A stretch of 64,000 nt of DNA from a virus (taxonomy: Duplodnaviria; Caudoviricetes). How positions within the stretch are numbered: position 1 is the first letter of the stretch; every line of letters begins with the position of its first letter. Of the stretch, positions 1 through 9,884 are shown piece after piece. The notes beneath the pieces are model-generated. The model searched no databases. It saw only the letters and a program-made list of their open reading frames with translations, and was not told the DNA's origin. The stretch spans positions 12,955-76,954 of the IMG/VR virus record IMGVR_UViG_2706795030_000004. One strand, 5' to 3'. Made by a program: the position numbers and the translations under genes.

Positions 1-1526
1 TGACGGCCGGTGCAACCGATCGCGACAATCGTCGTAGGCTTGCGCCCAAAGCGCGCAATGTGCGCGGAGTCCACAACCCGCACACGATCCTCGCGATAGC
101 CGAATTCCTTATTGCGGAAGACCATCGTGATGTCGTTGAAACGGGTGTCGACGTCGGTGTGTGAGTAGCTGAACTCTCCGTTGATCGCCTCGAGCGTAAA
201 CAGGTCGACCGGCACCTCCGGCTTATCGACCTTCATCCTCCACTCGCCGCCATTCTCCTCCCAGGCGAGCGCGCCGACCGCGCCCGCGAGATAGGGCACG
301 AACTCGCTCGCCTTCTGGGGCTCGTTAATGGCGATGTTCAGCGACGATCGGGGCTCAGTGCCTCCAGCGCCATCGGGCACAAGTTCCGAGAACCATTTGC
401 TGGCCTCAAGCGCGTCCCACTTATTGAGATGCGCCCCCGGAGAGAGGGAAGCCATACCGTGAGTGCTGTTCGAGATCAGCCCATTGATGTTCCATGCCGG
501 GTCAGTCGTGAAAGCCTGCGCCCAGCTGCCGTCCCAGATCTCGCCGGTGTATTCGCGCGTCTCGGGATCGAAGACTCCCGAGGGCGGCACCGGCACGATG
601 AGCGTGTCATATTCGCCCTCGACCGCGGGCACGCCCGTGAGCTGGTCCGACGCTTTACCGTAGAGCTGCAACCATGAAAGCCCGCGCCACGGCTCTGTGA
701 CCCCCAGCTTAGTGTTGTAGCCTGCGGACACCGACTCCCAAGTCAGCATGCGCTTCTCGAAATTCGGATCGGCTTCGACGCTCTCCTTCTCGATGAGCCG
801 ACACCGGACGTCCCAGCCTACATTCTCATAGGCACCCTCATTGGGGACCACGATGCGCAGCTCATGAACCGCGGGGCTGCTGGTCTTCCCGTAGATCCTA
901 AAGTAGCCGTTGTTGGTCTCCGGCTTATAATACCCCCCGCCATCGAACACGATGCGTGGGATAAGAAGCCGTCCCCCCGCCATCGGTATGGTCGAGCCCG
1001 CCTCTTCGTAAGTTTGCGACGGGACCCCGAGCATGGGCGAGATCCAGTTGGTTGCGCCGATTGGCTTAAGCTGGATCTCAATGTTTGCGCTGTGCTCGTA
1101 GATCCCCTTCTTGTCCTGACGATAGAGCTGGCTGCAAACAATTCGCAGATCGAGGAAGTCAGCGCCGAGATTGTTAACCGTCCGCGTCACCCATGGGCCG
1201 GGGCCGCTGGCGTTGGTGTTTGACAGCGCGAGATTGACGTTGACCGGAGAGCCACCCGCGCCGAGCCGGAGATCGACCTTCTGGGGGAAATTTGCAGGGT
1301 TGCCGTCCGCGAAGATCGCGACGAAGTTCTCGAAATTGAGCTTACCGCTCTCGTCCTCGAGCGGCGTGCCGTCGATCTTGAGGGATTTCAGACCTCGAGT
1401 CAGGCCCTTGATGGGGCCGGCGCAGAGACCGAGCAGCCCCTCGAAAGTATCTGTCGAACGCAGCGTGTCGGGCCGCTGTTTGAAGCTGCCGCCACCACCA
1501 CCTTTTGCACCAAAGAACCCGGTCAT
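1..1526 (-). CDS. Tail tip / central tail fibre protein, lambda gpJ-like (3' part outside window; not in ORF track)
   Basis: Hand translation from ATG 1526: MTGFFGAKGGGGSFKQRPDTLRSTDTFEGLLGLCAGPIKG...WDGSWAQAFTTDPAWNI...RFNDITMVF...GCTGR, open to base 1; J-like N-terminus and TDPAW motif. Confidence 0.88.
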   Translation of the reverse strand, partial: MTGFFGAKGGGGGSFKQRPDTLRSTDTFEGLLGLCAGPIKGLTRGLKSLKIDGTPLEDESGKLNFENFVAIFADGNPANFPQKVDLRLGAGGSPVNVNLALSNTNASGPGPWVTRTVNNLGADFLDLRIVCSQLYRQDKKGIYEHSANIEIQLKPIGATNWISPMLGVPSQTYEEAGSTIPMAGGRLLIPRIVFDGGGYYKPETNNGYFRIYGKTSSPAVHELRIVVPNEGAYENVGWDVRCRLIEKESVEADPNFEKRMLTWESVSAGYNTKLGVTEPWRGLSWLQLYGKASDQLTGVPAVEGEYDTLIVPVPPSGVFDPETREYTGEIWDGSWAQAFTTDPAWNINGLISNSTHGMASLSPGAHLNKWDALEASKWFSELVPDGAGGTEPRSSLNIAINEPQKASEFVPYLAGAVGALAWEENGGEWRMKVDKPEVPVDLFTLEAINGEFSYSHTDVDTRFNDITMVFRNKEFGYREDRVRVVDSAHIARFGRKPTTIVAIGCTGR

Positions 1527-1576
1527 GTTCGGGTGACTAAGGGTGGTTGAGGCTGGTGGTTAGGCGGCGGGGGGAA

Positions 1577-2740
1577 TTAGTCCCCTAGCTGTTCAACGCC
1601 GCACCGTAGGCGGGCAATTTCCCCATATTCGCGATCGTAGACGATAGCCTTGAGATCACGACCGGAGCGGTAACCGTGATGGGTATGCCATGCGTCTGTC
1701 GACGCGAGGGTTCGGTGTGTCTCAACCGTGCAGCCGACCATGTCCTTGACCTGATCGTGATGGAAGTGACCACAGTGCCAGACACGGAAGTCGCTGGCGG
1801 CCCAGTCGTCTTTGACGTCGCGGGCCATGATGAGGGGTAGATCCGTCAGCTTAGCGCCGTCGCCGTGAGTGGACCCTATGAGCGTCTTGCCGAAGCGAAA
1901 ATAGAAGAAGCTCGACGGGCTCTCGTCGATGACCACCCGGGGGTTGTCGTGGTACCGCGCTGCAAGGCAAATCGACAGCATCGCTGCCTGGTGCGGGTCG
2001 TGATTGCCCGGGTTGTTGCGAACGATCACCTTCTGGTGCTTCTCGAGAAGACGCTCAATGCACCTAATGAGAGCTCGGACCCCCGTCCTTGCGATCTCCT
2101 GAAAACGGCCATCGACATCGAGATCTGCACCGGAGCGCGGTGTCCGGTTGGTCCCGTTGTCAGCGTGGAAATAGTCGCCGAGATTGAGCAGGAGCGCGGT
2201 GTGGCTCGAAGGCGTGCGGGCGGAGATGCGGTCAACCGCGGCGAACGTCAGGCGCTCGGCTGTGGCCAGATCGAAGTTGGTCCCGGTTTCTGCAGCCCAC
2301 GCGCGCATGCCAAAATGAGGGTCGCCTAGCGGCAGAACCGTGAGCAAGCGCTCGTCGTAGAAGCTCGGAGCCGGAATCGGTGGCAGCGGGGTGACCTCCC
2401 CGGACATCGCCTCGACCGCGGCGCGGAGCAATTCTTCGCGACGCTCATGGTCGGTCGTCGATTTGACCCACTGGCCGGTGAGCTCGCCGTCTCGGTTGTA
2501 ATAGGACGAGACCCCCTTCACCCGGAAGCCATCGGGTACGACATGGGTCATATCGTGTTCCGGTGAATAGCCCTTGGATGCCGCCTTGTCCTGCAGCGCC
2601 TTGATGCACCGAGAGACGGTGGCCTTGTTGACCCCCAGCTCCTTTGCAGCCTTACGGCAACTCCCGAAGCGCAGGACTGCATCAAGGTAACGAGCTTGGG
2701 CGGGGCTCGCGAAGCGAGCGAGTTCGGGGGAGATGTCCAT
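1577..2740 (-). CDS. N-terminal HTH plus calcineurin-like metallophosphoesterase
   Basis: SCRKAAKELGVNKATVSRCI HTH; GDPH, GDYFH, GNHD, THGD and GHFH metal motifs. Confidence 0.8.
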   Translation of the reverse strand: MDISPELARFASPAQARYLDAVLRFGSCRKAAKELGVNKATVSRCIKALQDKAASKGYSPEHDMTHVVPDGFRVKGVSSYYNRDGELTGQWVKSTTDHERREELLRAAVEAMSGEVTPLPPIPAPSFYDERLLTVLPLGDPHFGMRAWAAETGTNFDLATAERLTFAAVDRISARTPSSHTALLLNLGDYFHADNGTNRTPRSGADLDVDGRFQEIARTGVRALIRCIERLLEKHQKVIVRNNPGNHDPHQAAMLSICLAARYHDNPRVVIDESPSSFFYFRFGKTLIGSTHGDGAKLTDLPLIMARDVKDDWAASDFRVWHCGHFHHDQVKDMVGCTVETHRTLASTDAWHTHHGYRSGRDLKAIVYDREYGEIARLRCGVEQLGD

Positions 2741-3306
2741 TATGTGGGGGTCGCCGGATAAACGCCAAAGGAAAGCTTGTCGGCATCAGACTGAAGGCTG
2801 AGCCAGTGACCCGACAGGTTGATGCGGCCGCAAGCCAACGTGATCGGAGTGCCCTGCGCGGTCGTGTTCTGAGAGATCCCGAGGTATTTCGATGCCGGCG
2901 GGTCCTCTGCTTTGGATATCGTCGGAGCCTTCATGAACAGGCCGACAACGCCCTGAACAACCATAAGAGCACCGCTAACAAACAGGCTGCTGGTGAGGGC
3001 ACTCGCAAACACACCCGCGGCCGGTGCAAAGACAACGGCCGCAGCGATCATCAGGCCGCCGAGAATGATCCCGAAGAATTTGCCGCCCCCGCCGTACATC
3101 GACGGGACAATGTGAACCTCGTCGACATCCGAAGGGGCGAACAGGGCCTCGTCTGTGTCGTATCCGACGACCTCTACGGTCAGATGAGGCGGAAGGTTGG
3201 TGACCTGAGACGCGACACCCTCGAGGGCATCCGCCACTGTGCGCGCGTTCATATTGACAGACGCGGGGAAATATTCGCGAAGCGATCCGTGGAAGACGAG
3301 CCTCAT
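2740..3306 (-). CDS. Tail assembly protein, lambda gpI-like (ubiquitin-like N-domain)
   Basis: MRLVFHGSL...ARTVADALEG...IVPSMYGGGGKFFGII followed by hydrophobic stretch; position next to JAB gene. Confidence 0.8.
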   Translation of the reverse strand: MRLVFHGSLREYFPASVNMNARTVADALEGVASQVTNLPPHLTVEVVGYDTDEALFAPSDVDEVHIVPSMYGGGGKFFGIILGGLMIAAAVVFAPAAGVFASALTSSLFVSGALMVVQGVVGLFMKAPTISKAEDPPASKYLGISQNTTAQGTPITLACGRINLSGHWLSLQSDADKLSFGVYPATPT

Positions 3307-3671
3307 TTCTTCAGGACCAGTCCATTGTCGATCACGAAGGATTCAACCGTGGGGGTACCGCGAAGCTCCCCTACGATGTGATGCTCGAGATGTGGCCAGC
3401 TCAGAAACCCAGCATAGTCTTCCTGGCTGAGGTTCGGGTCTCCACCGGGATGGGTGTGCCAAGTGCCAACGAGATCGGGGTTGTCGACGTGTTCGAGAAT
3501 TTGCTTCGGGTCCATCCGGAACCCGCGCTCGGGCTCGGAATGGACATTGTCGATTTCAACGATGGAGCCGTCGCGGAAGATAAAACCGCACCGCTCGACA
3601 GTGTGTCCCTCGAGATAAAGGTCAATCAGTGGTTGCATAACGGGCTCGCAGAAGTTCTTCGATGGTGACAT
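3303..3671 (-). CDS. JAB/MPN metallopeptidase (gpK N-domain-like); alternative start ATG 3638
   Basis: ERCGFI...WHTHP...SQED = E-HxH-SxxD JAMM motif. Confidence 0.85.
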   Translation of the reverse strand: MSPSKNFCEPVMQPLIDLYLEGHTVERCGFIFRDGSIVEIDNVHSEPERGFRMDPKQILEHVDNPDLVGTWHTHPGGDPNLSQEDYAGFLSWPHLEHHIVGELRGTPTVESFVIDNGLVLKK

Positions 3672-4077
3672 CCGGATAGGTGGGGCGAAGGTCGGGAACG
3701 TCAGGGTGACGAAGGACGTAGCAGGTCAGGTTCCGCCAGAAATCGCGGTATTCCTCGCACACGGAGAGACGGTTGGCCGGGTGGTGAAGGATCTTTCCCT
3801 CACCGACGAAAATGGCCATGTGATTTGCGTTGCCCTCGCCAATCGCCATGCAGAGGACGTCGCCGGGGCGGAGGTCCTTGGGCTTCCAGGACGTGATCAT
3901 CTCGAAGCCCTCGCGCTCATAACAGGCGCGAATGAGATCGATTGTGGAGCTTTCCCAGTCGTTGGGGCGCGCGTAATCCGTGATGCTGATTCCAAATTCC
4001 TCAGCATAATACTTACGGAAGAGCCCGAGGCAGTCATTGCTGCCCATACGAAAGGGGATGCCCTCGTAATCCGTCAT
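3622..4077 (-). CDS. NlpC/P60 tail-associated peptidase (gpK C-domain-like)
   Basis: GSNDCLGLFR catalytic Cys; NHMAIFVGEGKILHH. Confidence 0.85.
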   Translation of the reverse strand: MTDYEGIPFRMGSNDCLGLFRKYYAEEFGISITDYARPNDWESSTIDLIRACYEREGFEMITSWKPKDLRPGDVLCMAIGEGNANHMAIFVGEGKILHHPANRLSVCEEYRDFWRNLTCYVLRHPDVPDLRPTYPDVTIEELLRARYATTD

Positions 4078-4571
4078 TGGACGAACACCGAGGGGAAGTC
4101 GGGAGAGTAATACTGCTTAAATGGCAGCGAGAAGTTCAGCCCGTCCGCTTGCCGTGCGAGCACGAAGCCAATCTGGGAGCGGGAGTACCCGGGGATGCGC
4201 TTGATCCGGTACTCCTGAGTCTCGAGGATAAGGCGGTTATTAAGGAGGTCGTCGAGGAGAATGCGGTGCCGGATCACGACACCTCCATCCATGGAACCGT
4301 CGAAGAGCAACGGTTTGATCGCGATCAGCGAAATGTTCTCGTCACCGATGGTGAGAGTCGGCTGCGACACAGTGCCATCGGAACTATAGCTCTCGCCCTC
4401 GAATTTGAGGGGGAGCCCCTCATAGAGGTTGCCTCGATAGGTGACAGAGTTGTCCGCCTTGATACGGATTGTGCCGACGCCCTCTGAAGGGCTGAGCTCA
4501 TAGAGATAGACTTCTCCGTCTGCCTGAAGCAGATGGGCATCGGCGATATGCTCGGATGGGATAGTCGTCAT
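4074..4571 (-). CDS. Minor tail protein, gpL-like
   Basis: VYLYEL...VTYRGNLYEGLP...QPTLTIG pattern; position after tape measure. Confidence 0.65.
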   Translation of the reverse strand: MTTIPSEHIADAHLLQADGEVYLYELSPSEGVGTIRIKADNSVTYRGNLYEGLPLKFEGESYSSDGTVSQPTLTIGDENISLIAIKPLLFDGSMDGGVVIRHRILLDDLLNNRLILETQEYRIKRIPGYSRSQIGFVLARQADGLNFSLPFKQYYSPDFPSVFVQ

Positions 4572-4623
4572 TGCACGAAGGACTTAGGTCCGTCGCGCAA
4601 TGACGACGATAAGCGGGGGGGAA

Positions 4624-7600
4624 TTAGCCTCCCTGAGCGATGCTCTTGATGAGCTTCTTCGTACCGCTTTCCTTCAGCATCTCATTAGTCATGACGGCGA
4701 TCACGTCGTTCGGACCGAGCTGAGGTTTCTCCTCTGGTGCCACAACCCACACGTTCGTTTCCATGCGCGAGGGACGAAGCGGAATAACATTAACACCCAT
4801 ACCCTGAAGAGCTTGAGCACCCCGCTTGTTGAGGTCGCGCATGAAGTCGACCCCGACGCTGTCAACCGCCGCTTTACGTGTGACGAACTCGCCGCGAGCA
4901 AGCTTGGTGGCCACGCTGTCGCGGTTGGGCACGCCCTCAGTGACGAGCCCACCCTCGGCGCGACCGACCAGACCCCCGTTGAAGAACGGCGCGTGGCCGC
5001 CAAATGTCGCGTTCCCGCCACTACCGCCTCCGGACGGCGCTGACCCGCCAAGGAGCGAAGCCCCGACCTTCAGCAGCATACCGAAAATCTCGTTGGCTAG
5101 CGCCTTGGCCGCCATTTCCTGAAGAACGCGGATGACGGACAGCGCAAAGTTCCGCAGATTATTAAGGACCTGATCCGGCTTCGTCAGCATATCCGTGAAA
5201 AAGTTCGTGAACGCCCCGTGCACCTGCTCGATGGCACCACCAAGGTCATTGATGATGCTTTCTTTCATCGTCCGGTTCAGGCCGGTCACGCGCGCGTAGG
5301 CCGCGGCGGCCTGATTGAATGCCTCGCCAATCGTGAGAGGAATTTCTGAGGCGCCGTCCAGGCTTAGCTTGAGCGCGTCACTCTCGGTGCGCAGTTGGAA
5401 CAGCTCTTGCTGCGTCGCGTACGCAGCGTCCTGAAGCTCCTTGAGGCTCTTCCCGGCGAACCGCTCAACGGCAGCCCTGGTCTCGGCGCTCACGACAATC
5501 TCGTCGTCTGAGCCGCTTGATCCCAGCGCTTCCAAAGGCGATTTGCGGGAGGCAATCGCCATCTCATAATCCCGGAGTGCCTGCTCTCGCGCCGCGATTT
5601 GCGTGCCGTAGGATGTCAGTCGCCCGCGGGCGGCACTCTCTTCCAGCTGCTGCTTACGGAACTCGGCATTCTCCCGGACATAGTCCGGCACACGACCGAC
5701 CATATCGGTGCGATTGAGCCGCTGGATACGAGCGTCCGCCATGGCGAGGCCGTACTCAAATGGCCGCATGTGCTCTTCAGCCAGCCGATCAGCGATCTCG
5801 AGGCTGTTTTCGACCATCGCGATAATCGCGTCAGCGAGCTTTTGCTCCGTCTCTTCCTTCCGGTTCTGGATCTGCTCGCTGATCTCACGCCGATAGGTGT
5901 CGGCCGCCTCACCGGTCAGGCCCTTCTCCTTGATCTCGGCCTCGATCAGCTTCTGGCGCTCCTCGATCCAAAGCTCGAGTTGCTTGTCGATCTCGGCCGC
6001 ACCCTCGAGGAACTGGTCGAGGTTCAGGGGCTCGGAATTGTCCTCGATCGCCTGCTTGAGATCCATGTCGACGGTCTTGAGCGCCGCCTGCGAGACGAAC
6101 TTGTCACCGCGCAGGCGCCGGCGCGCTTCACGAGCGGCGGCGCGCTGCGAGGCCTTCGCGACGCGCTCTCCTTCCTTCAACTCCTTGAGAGACGGCTTCG
6201 TCGCTGCTTCGGCCTGCGCGGCCAGACCGTCGAGGTAGGTGGCCTGCTCGAGCATACCACGGCGCATGCCCTCTGTGGGGGCGTTCGCCGCGTCCCTGCG
6301 GATTTGTGCCGCTGCCGCTGCTGTCTTCTGTGCGACGTCAGTGTAATAGCGCTTCTGTTCGCTGTCTGTGCGCCCGGTCGTGTTGGCGTTCGCTCGCTGG
6401 AGTCCCGCTGAGATGACCGAGCCACTCTCCGTGATCGATTGGCCCGAGTTGCTGAGGAAGTAGTCCACTTTCTCAGCGTCACGCTTTACCGACCCGTACT
6501 GCTGGGTTGTGGACGCAAGTTTACCTGCCGCGCCGATAAACCTCCGCGCAGAGTCGCGGTGGCGGGGGTCCAGCTTGGACTCGGTATAGTCTGAAAGCGC
6601 CTGGTTAGCCCGGAAACGGTCAGCATATGACCCGTTTGCCATAGCAGAGGTTAGTTGCTTACGGAGACGCTGGAATTGGGGATCGTTAATCCGGTTCAGA
6701 CCGCGGTCCGCCGACACATACTGGTTGCGCTGGAGGTCATACTGCGAAGCCAACTGGTTCTTCTGGATCCCCAGCTGCTGCCCCTGAAACGCGAGAACCT
6801 CGGCACGATATTGCCGTAGTGCGTTGAGCGCGCCCTGGAAGCTCTGAACATTGCTCATGAGCTTTTCTGACAGCCCATCGAAGCGCTGGCCGAGCTGAAG
6901 CAACTCCGCGCTCAGAGCCGCGCTATTGTCGGTCAGCGTGTCTTGCTGGACAAGCAGACGAGCAATCGCTTCGTCGACGGCGCCTAGCCGGACGTTGTTA
7001 GCCGCCAACGTCTCGTTCGTGTTCGAAATCTTGGTTTCGAGATCTTCTTGGGACTGCGCAACTGCATAAATGCCCGCAGAGCGGTTCACCGACTCCTCAA
7101 AGGCCGCGCGCTGAGCAAGCGCATAGGCCTTATCCTCGTCGCCCGCTTGCTGCGCGGCCAGAGCCTGTTCTTTCAGGGAGGCAACGAGGTCACGCCGCGC
7201 CTGCACCTCTTGGGCGATCCTGTCATTGGTCTCGCCCGCACGCTCGAGGTAGTCGTTGATCCCCTTAACAATTTCCGCGAAACTGTCCGCAATCTTCTTG
7301 TTTCCGTCATCAGCGCGGTCAGCGATGATGTTCTTGAAGCGCTGCCACTGCGCGCTGAATGAACCCAGCGACTTCTCGGCCGCCTCGGCCGCCGTGCCTT
7401 GCTGTAGCATGGCCAAATTGAGGTCATCCATCACGTCGAGGTTCTGGCTGAGCACCAGATACGCCGCGGCCGCACGGATTTCGAGGCTGCCATATGCCTG
7501 CGCGGCTCCGAAGCCGGCGTTGCGCAGGGTCTCCATGACCGGGCGGAGGCCGCGCGTGCGAACGTCGACATCACCCAAGGTCAGTCCGAGGTCCGAAAGC

Positions 7601-9354
7601 TGCTTCTTCAGTTTCTCCGACGGATCGAGGAGATCGGTCAGGAAGGTGCGCAGGCCGGTACCAGCTGTGGAGCCGCTACGGACACCCGCCTGCGAGAGCG
7701 CGCCAACCGAGGCCAGCACGTCGTTGAGCGAGATGCCGACGTCGTGTGCAGTCGCACCGAGATACGACACAGCGAGACCTGCCTGCTGGACGGTCAGTCG
7801 GCTGCGGTTCAGAGCCGAAGTCATCACGTCCGCAACGCGCTCGGCCTCGCTGGACTGGAGACCGAAGCCGCCAATGCTGGCCGTGATGAGATCGGTGCTC
7901 TCTTTGATGCTGGCGCCCGAGGCTGCAGCAAGCTCGGTCACCGCCTTCAGCGACTTTTCCATCTCACTGGTGGAGAAACCCGCCTGCGCCAACTGCTGGG
8001 CGGCTTCAGTGATCTCTAGCGTCGAGAACTTCGAGTTCGTGCCGATATCGAGGATCGTATCGCGCAGATGCGTCATCTGACCATCAGTGGCGGCGGACAC
8101 TGCCTGCAGGTTGGCAAGGGCGTCGTCGAATTCGAAGACGAAGCGCACGCCATCTCGAAAAGTGTTGAAGAGCCCGTAGGCGGCCATAGCCGCGGCGCCG
8201 TAGACCGAAGTGCGAGCGAAGGCCGCCGCGCCGTAGCCAGGCGATAGAATCGTGCTGACTGGGCCACGCTGGGCTTGGGCCTGCTGGGTCTTCTTCGCCG
8301 CTCGGGCAGCCTGAGCGGCCTCCGCCGCTTGCGCGGCGGCGCTTTGTTTCAGTTCGGCCTGAAGTTTATTGTGGAGAGCGATGCTTTCAACAAGCTCGCG
8401 GTTATAGCGCTCATAGTCCGCAACCGCCTTGGAGAGCTCGGCCTGACCCGCCTTGCTGGCAAGTGCGGCATTGAGACGCTCCTTGGCGTTGGCAGCACGC
8501 AGGGTCGCCTGGGCCAGCTTCTCCGCCGCCCCTGCGGTGGTGACGCCGTCGGGAATTGCCAACCGTCCCGCTTCGCGCCGGAGCCGTCCTTCTTGCTGGA
8601 ATCGCGTCTCGTTGGTGTACTGACGGGCCTTCGAAATCAACTGGTCGTAAGCCTGCCCCTGTCGACGAAGGTCAGCGTCGACACGACGCACGTCAGCGCC
8701 GTAGCGGGCCATCGCGTCACGGAGCTGGTTCAGTTCGGTCGTGAAATTGGTGCGCCGGCCATCCCGCAGAGAACGGAACAGTGCCGCCTGCGCCTCGGCG
8801 ACCTGCCGCTGCTGAGCCGCGAAGTCGCCGCCGTTCTGGCGAGCCTTGGTGTTCAAATTGGTCAGAGAGCGATCGACTGAACGGAGCTCACGATCAATCG
8901 CACGCAGATCGTCTTGCGCCCGCAGGAGCTTGCGCTTCGGAAGGAAGTCCTGCTGGCCAAGTCCGGCCATTTTCTTTGTGAGATCATTAATGCGAGCGCC
9001 GACCGCCTCGACTGCGTTACCTGCGCTCCTGACTGTGCCAGCAAAACGCGCCGCGGCCTCGGTGCTCTTACCAAACTGCTGAGCCTGCGTGAGCTGGCGG
9101 ACACCCCCGGCGCCCGCGTACATCGATTTCTCCAGCGTCGACAGCTGAGACATCGCCTGTTGCAGGCTCTTTACGCTCTGGTTGAGCTTTCGGTCAAAGT
9201 TCTTGACACCGGAATCCGCCGAAGACGAGATCTGGTTGACCGCCGCCAGCGCCTTCTCGATCTTGGCCTGGATAAGATCCATCGCCTTCGAAACGTCTGC
9301 CCCTTGTGCGAGCAGTTCGACGTCAACCGTTTGCGTGTTCGTGGGGTCGGCCAT
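4624..9354 (-). CDS. Tail tape measure protein (1576 aa)
   Basis: Length, Ala/Gln-rich helical sequence, TP901-type core (FDDALANLQAVS...FSTLEITEAAQQLAQAGFS), C-terminal GGLV...GEFV motif. Confidence 0.93.
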   Translation of the reverse strand: MADPTNTQTVDVELLAQGADVSKAMDLIQAKIEKALAAVNQISSSADSGVKNFDRKLNQSVKSLQQAMSQLSTLEKSMYAGAGGVRQLTQAQQFGKSTEAAARFAGTVRSAGNAVEAVGARINDLTKKMAGLGQQDFLPKRKLLRAQDDLRAIDRELRSVDRSLTNLNTKARQNGGDFAAQQRQVAEAQAALFRSLRDGRRTNFTTELNQLRDAMARYGADVRRVDADLRRQGQAYDQLISKARQYTNETRFQQEGRLRREAGRLAIPDGVTTAGAAEKLAQATLRAANAKERLNAALASKAGQAELSKAVADYERYNRELVESIALHNKLQAELKQSAAAQAAEAAQAARAAKKTQQAQAQRGPVSTILSPGYGAAAFARTSVYGAAAMAAYGLFNTFRDGVRFVFEFDDALANLQAVSAATDGQMTHLRDTILDIGTNSKFSTLEITEAAQQLAQAGFSTSEMEKSLKAVTELAAASGASIKESTDLITASIGGFGLQSSEAERVADVMTSALNRSRLTVQQAGLAVSYLGATAHDVGISLNDVLASVGALSQAGVRSGSTAGTGLRTFLTDLLDPSEKLKKQLSDLGLTLGDVDVRTRGLRPVMETLRNAGFGAAQAYGSLEIRAAAAYLVLSQNLDVMDDLNLAMLQQGTAAEAAEKSLGSFSAQWQRFKNIIADRADDGNKKIADSFAEIVKGINDYLERAGETNDRIAQEVQARRDLVASLKEQALAAQQAGDEDKAYALAQRAAFEESVNRSAGIYAVAQSQEDLETKISNTNETLAANNVRLGAVDEAIARLLVQQDTLTDNSAALSAELLQLGQRFDGLSEKLMSNVQSFQGALNALRQYRAEVLAFQGQQLGIQKNQLASQYDLQRNQYVSADRGLNRINDPQFQRLRKQLTSAMANGSYADRFRANQALSDYTESKLDPRHRDSARRFIGAAGKLASTTQQYGSVKRDAEKVDYFLSNSGQSITESGSVISAGLQRANANTTGRTDSEQKRYYTDVAQKTAAAAAQIRRDAANAPTEGMRRGMLEQATYLDGLAAQAEAATKPSLKELKEGERVAKASQRAAAREARRRLRGDKFVSQAALKTVDMDLKQAIEDNSEPLNLDQFLEGAAEIDKQLELWIEERQKLIEAEIKEKGLTGEAADTYRREISEQIQNRKEETEQKLADAIIAMVENSLEIADRLAEEHMRPFEYGLAMADARIQRLNRTDMVGRVPDYVRENAEFRKQQLEESAARGRLTSYGTQIAAREQALRDYEMAIASRKSPLEALGSSGSDDEIVVSAETRAAVERFAGKSLKELQDAAYATQQELFQLRTESDALKLSLDGASEIPLTIGEAFNQAAAAYARVTGLNRTMKESIINDLGGAIEQVHGAFTNFFTDMLTKPDQVLNNLRNFALSVIRVLQEMAAKALANEIFGMLLKVGASLLGGSAPSGGGSGGNATFGGHAPFFNGGLVGRAEGGLVTEGVPNRDSVATKLARGEFVTRKAAVDSVGVDFMRDLNKRGAQALQGMGVNVIPLRPSRMETNVWVVAPEEKPQLGPNDVIAVMTNEMLKESGTKKLIKSIAQGG

Positions 9355-9408
9355 TCTCCTCCGATGCCCTTATGGGGAGGAGAGACAAGTTGACGGGGGG
9401 AATTAGGT

Positions 9409-9882
9409 ATGGGAGAATCTGGAGCTATGGAGATCAACGCTATTTCGAAAGGCGCCTGGGGGGCACTGGCGATCATCGCTTTGGGTATCGGCCTGCTGAT
9501 TGCGTACGAGAGCGCAACAGGTGCCCCCCAGGCTCGGGCGCAAGAAGCTTACGTCGCAGCGATCGCCAAGGTGAAATCCCGGAACCCGGATATCCCCGAC
9601 ATCGACGCGAAGCTCATAGCCGTCGGTGAGACCCCCGGCGGTGACTGCAACCTATTGCGCCCCACGCAATCTGACATTGAGTCCTACGCGACAAGGACAA
9701 GCATCCCGGTAGGGCGCGTCCCGGGATTTCTCCGCGAGACGTGCCTGAAGTCGTTTTCTCCCCTCACCCCGGAGGAGCGACAGGCACGGCGAATTCGGGA
9801 GGAACAGCGGGCTGAGGATATTCGGTCTCTTCGGAAGCACGCCTGGTGTGCCGAAAACGACATCGACTGTAGTCGGCTTTAG
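9409..9882 (+). CDS. Membrane-anchored hypothetical protein (moron; likely start 9427)
   Basis: Only plus-strand gene in the tail operon; N-terminal TM segment GAWGALAIIALGIGLLIAY; four Cys. Confidence 0.6.
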   Translation: MGESGAMEINAISKGAWGALAIIALGIGLLIAYESATGAPQARAQEAYVAAIAKVKSRNPDIPDIDAKLIAVGETPGGDCNLLRPTQSDIESYATRTSIPVGRVPGFLRETCLKSFSPLTPEERQARRIREEQRAEDIRSLRKHAWCAENDIDCSRL

Positions 9883-9884
9883 GG

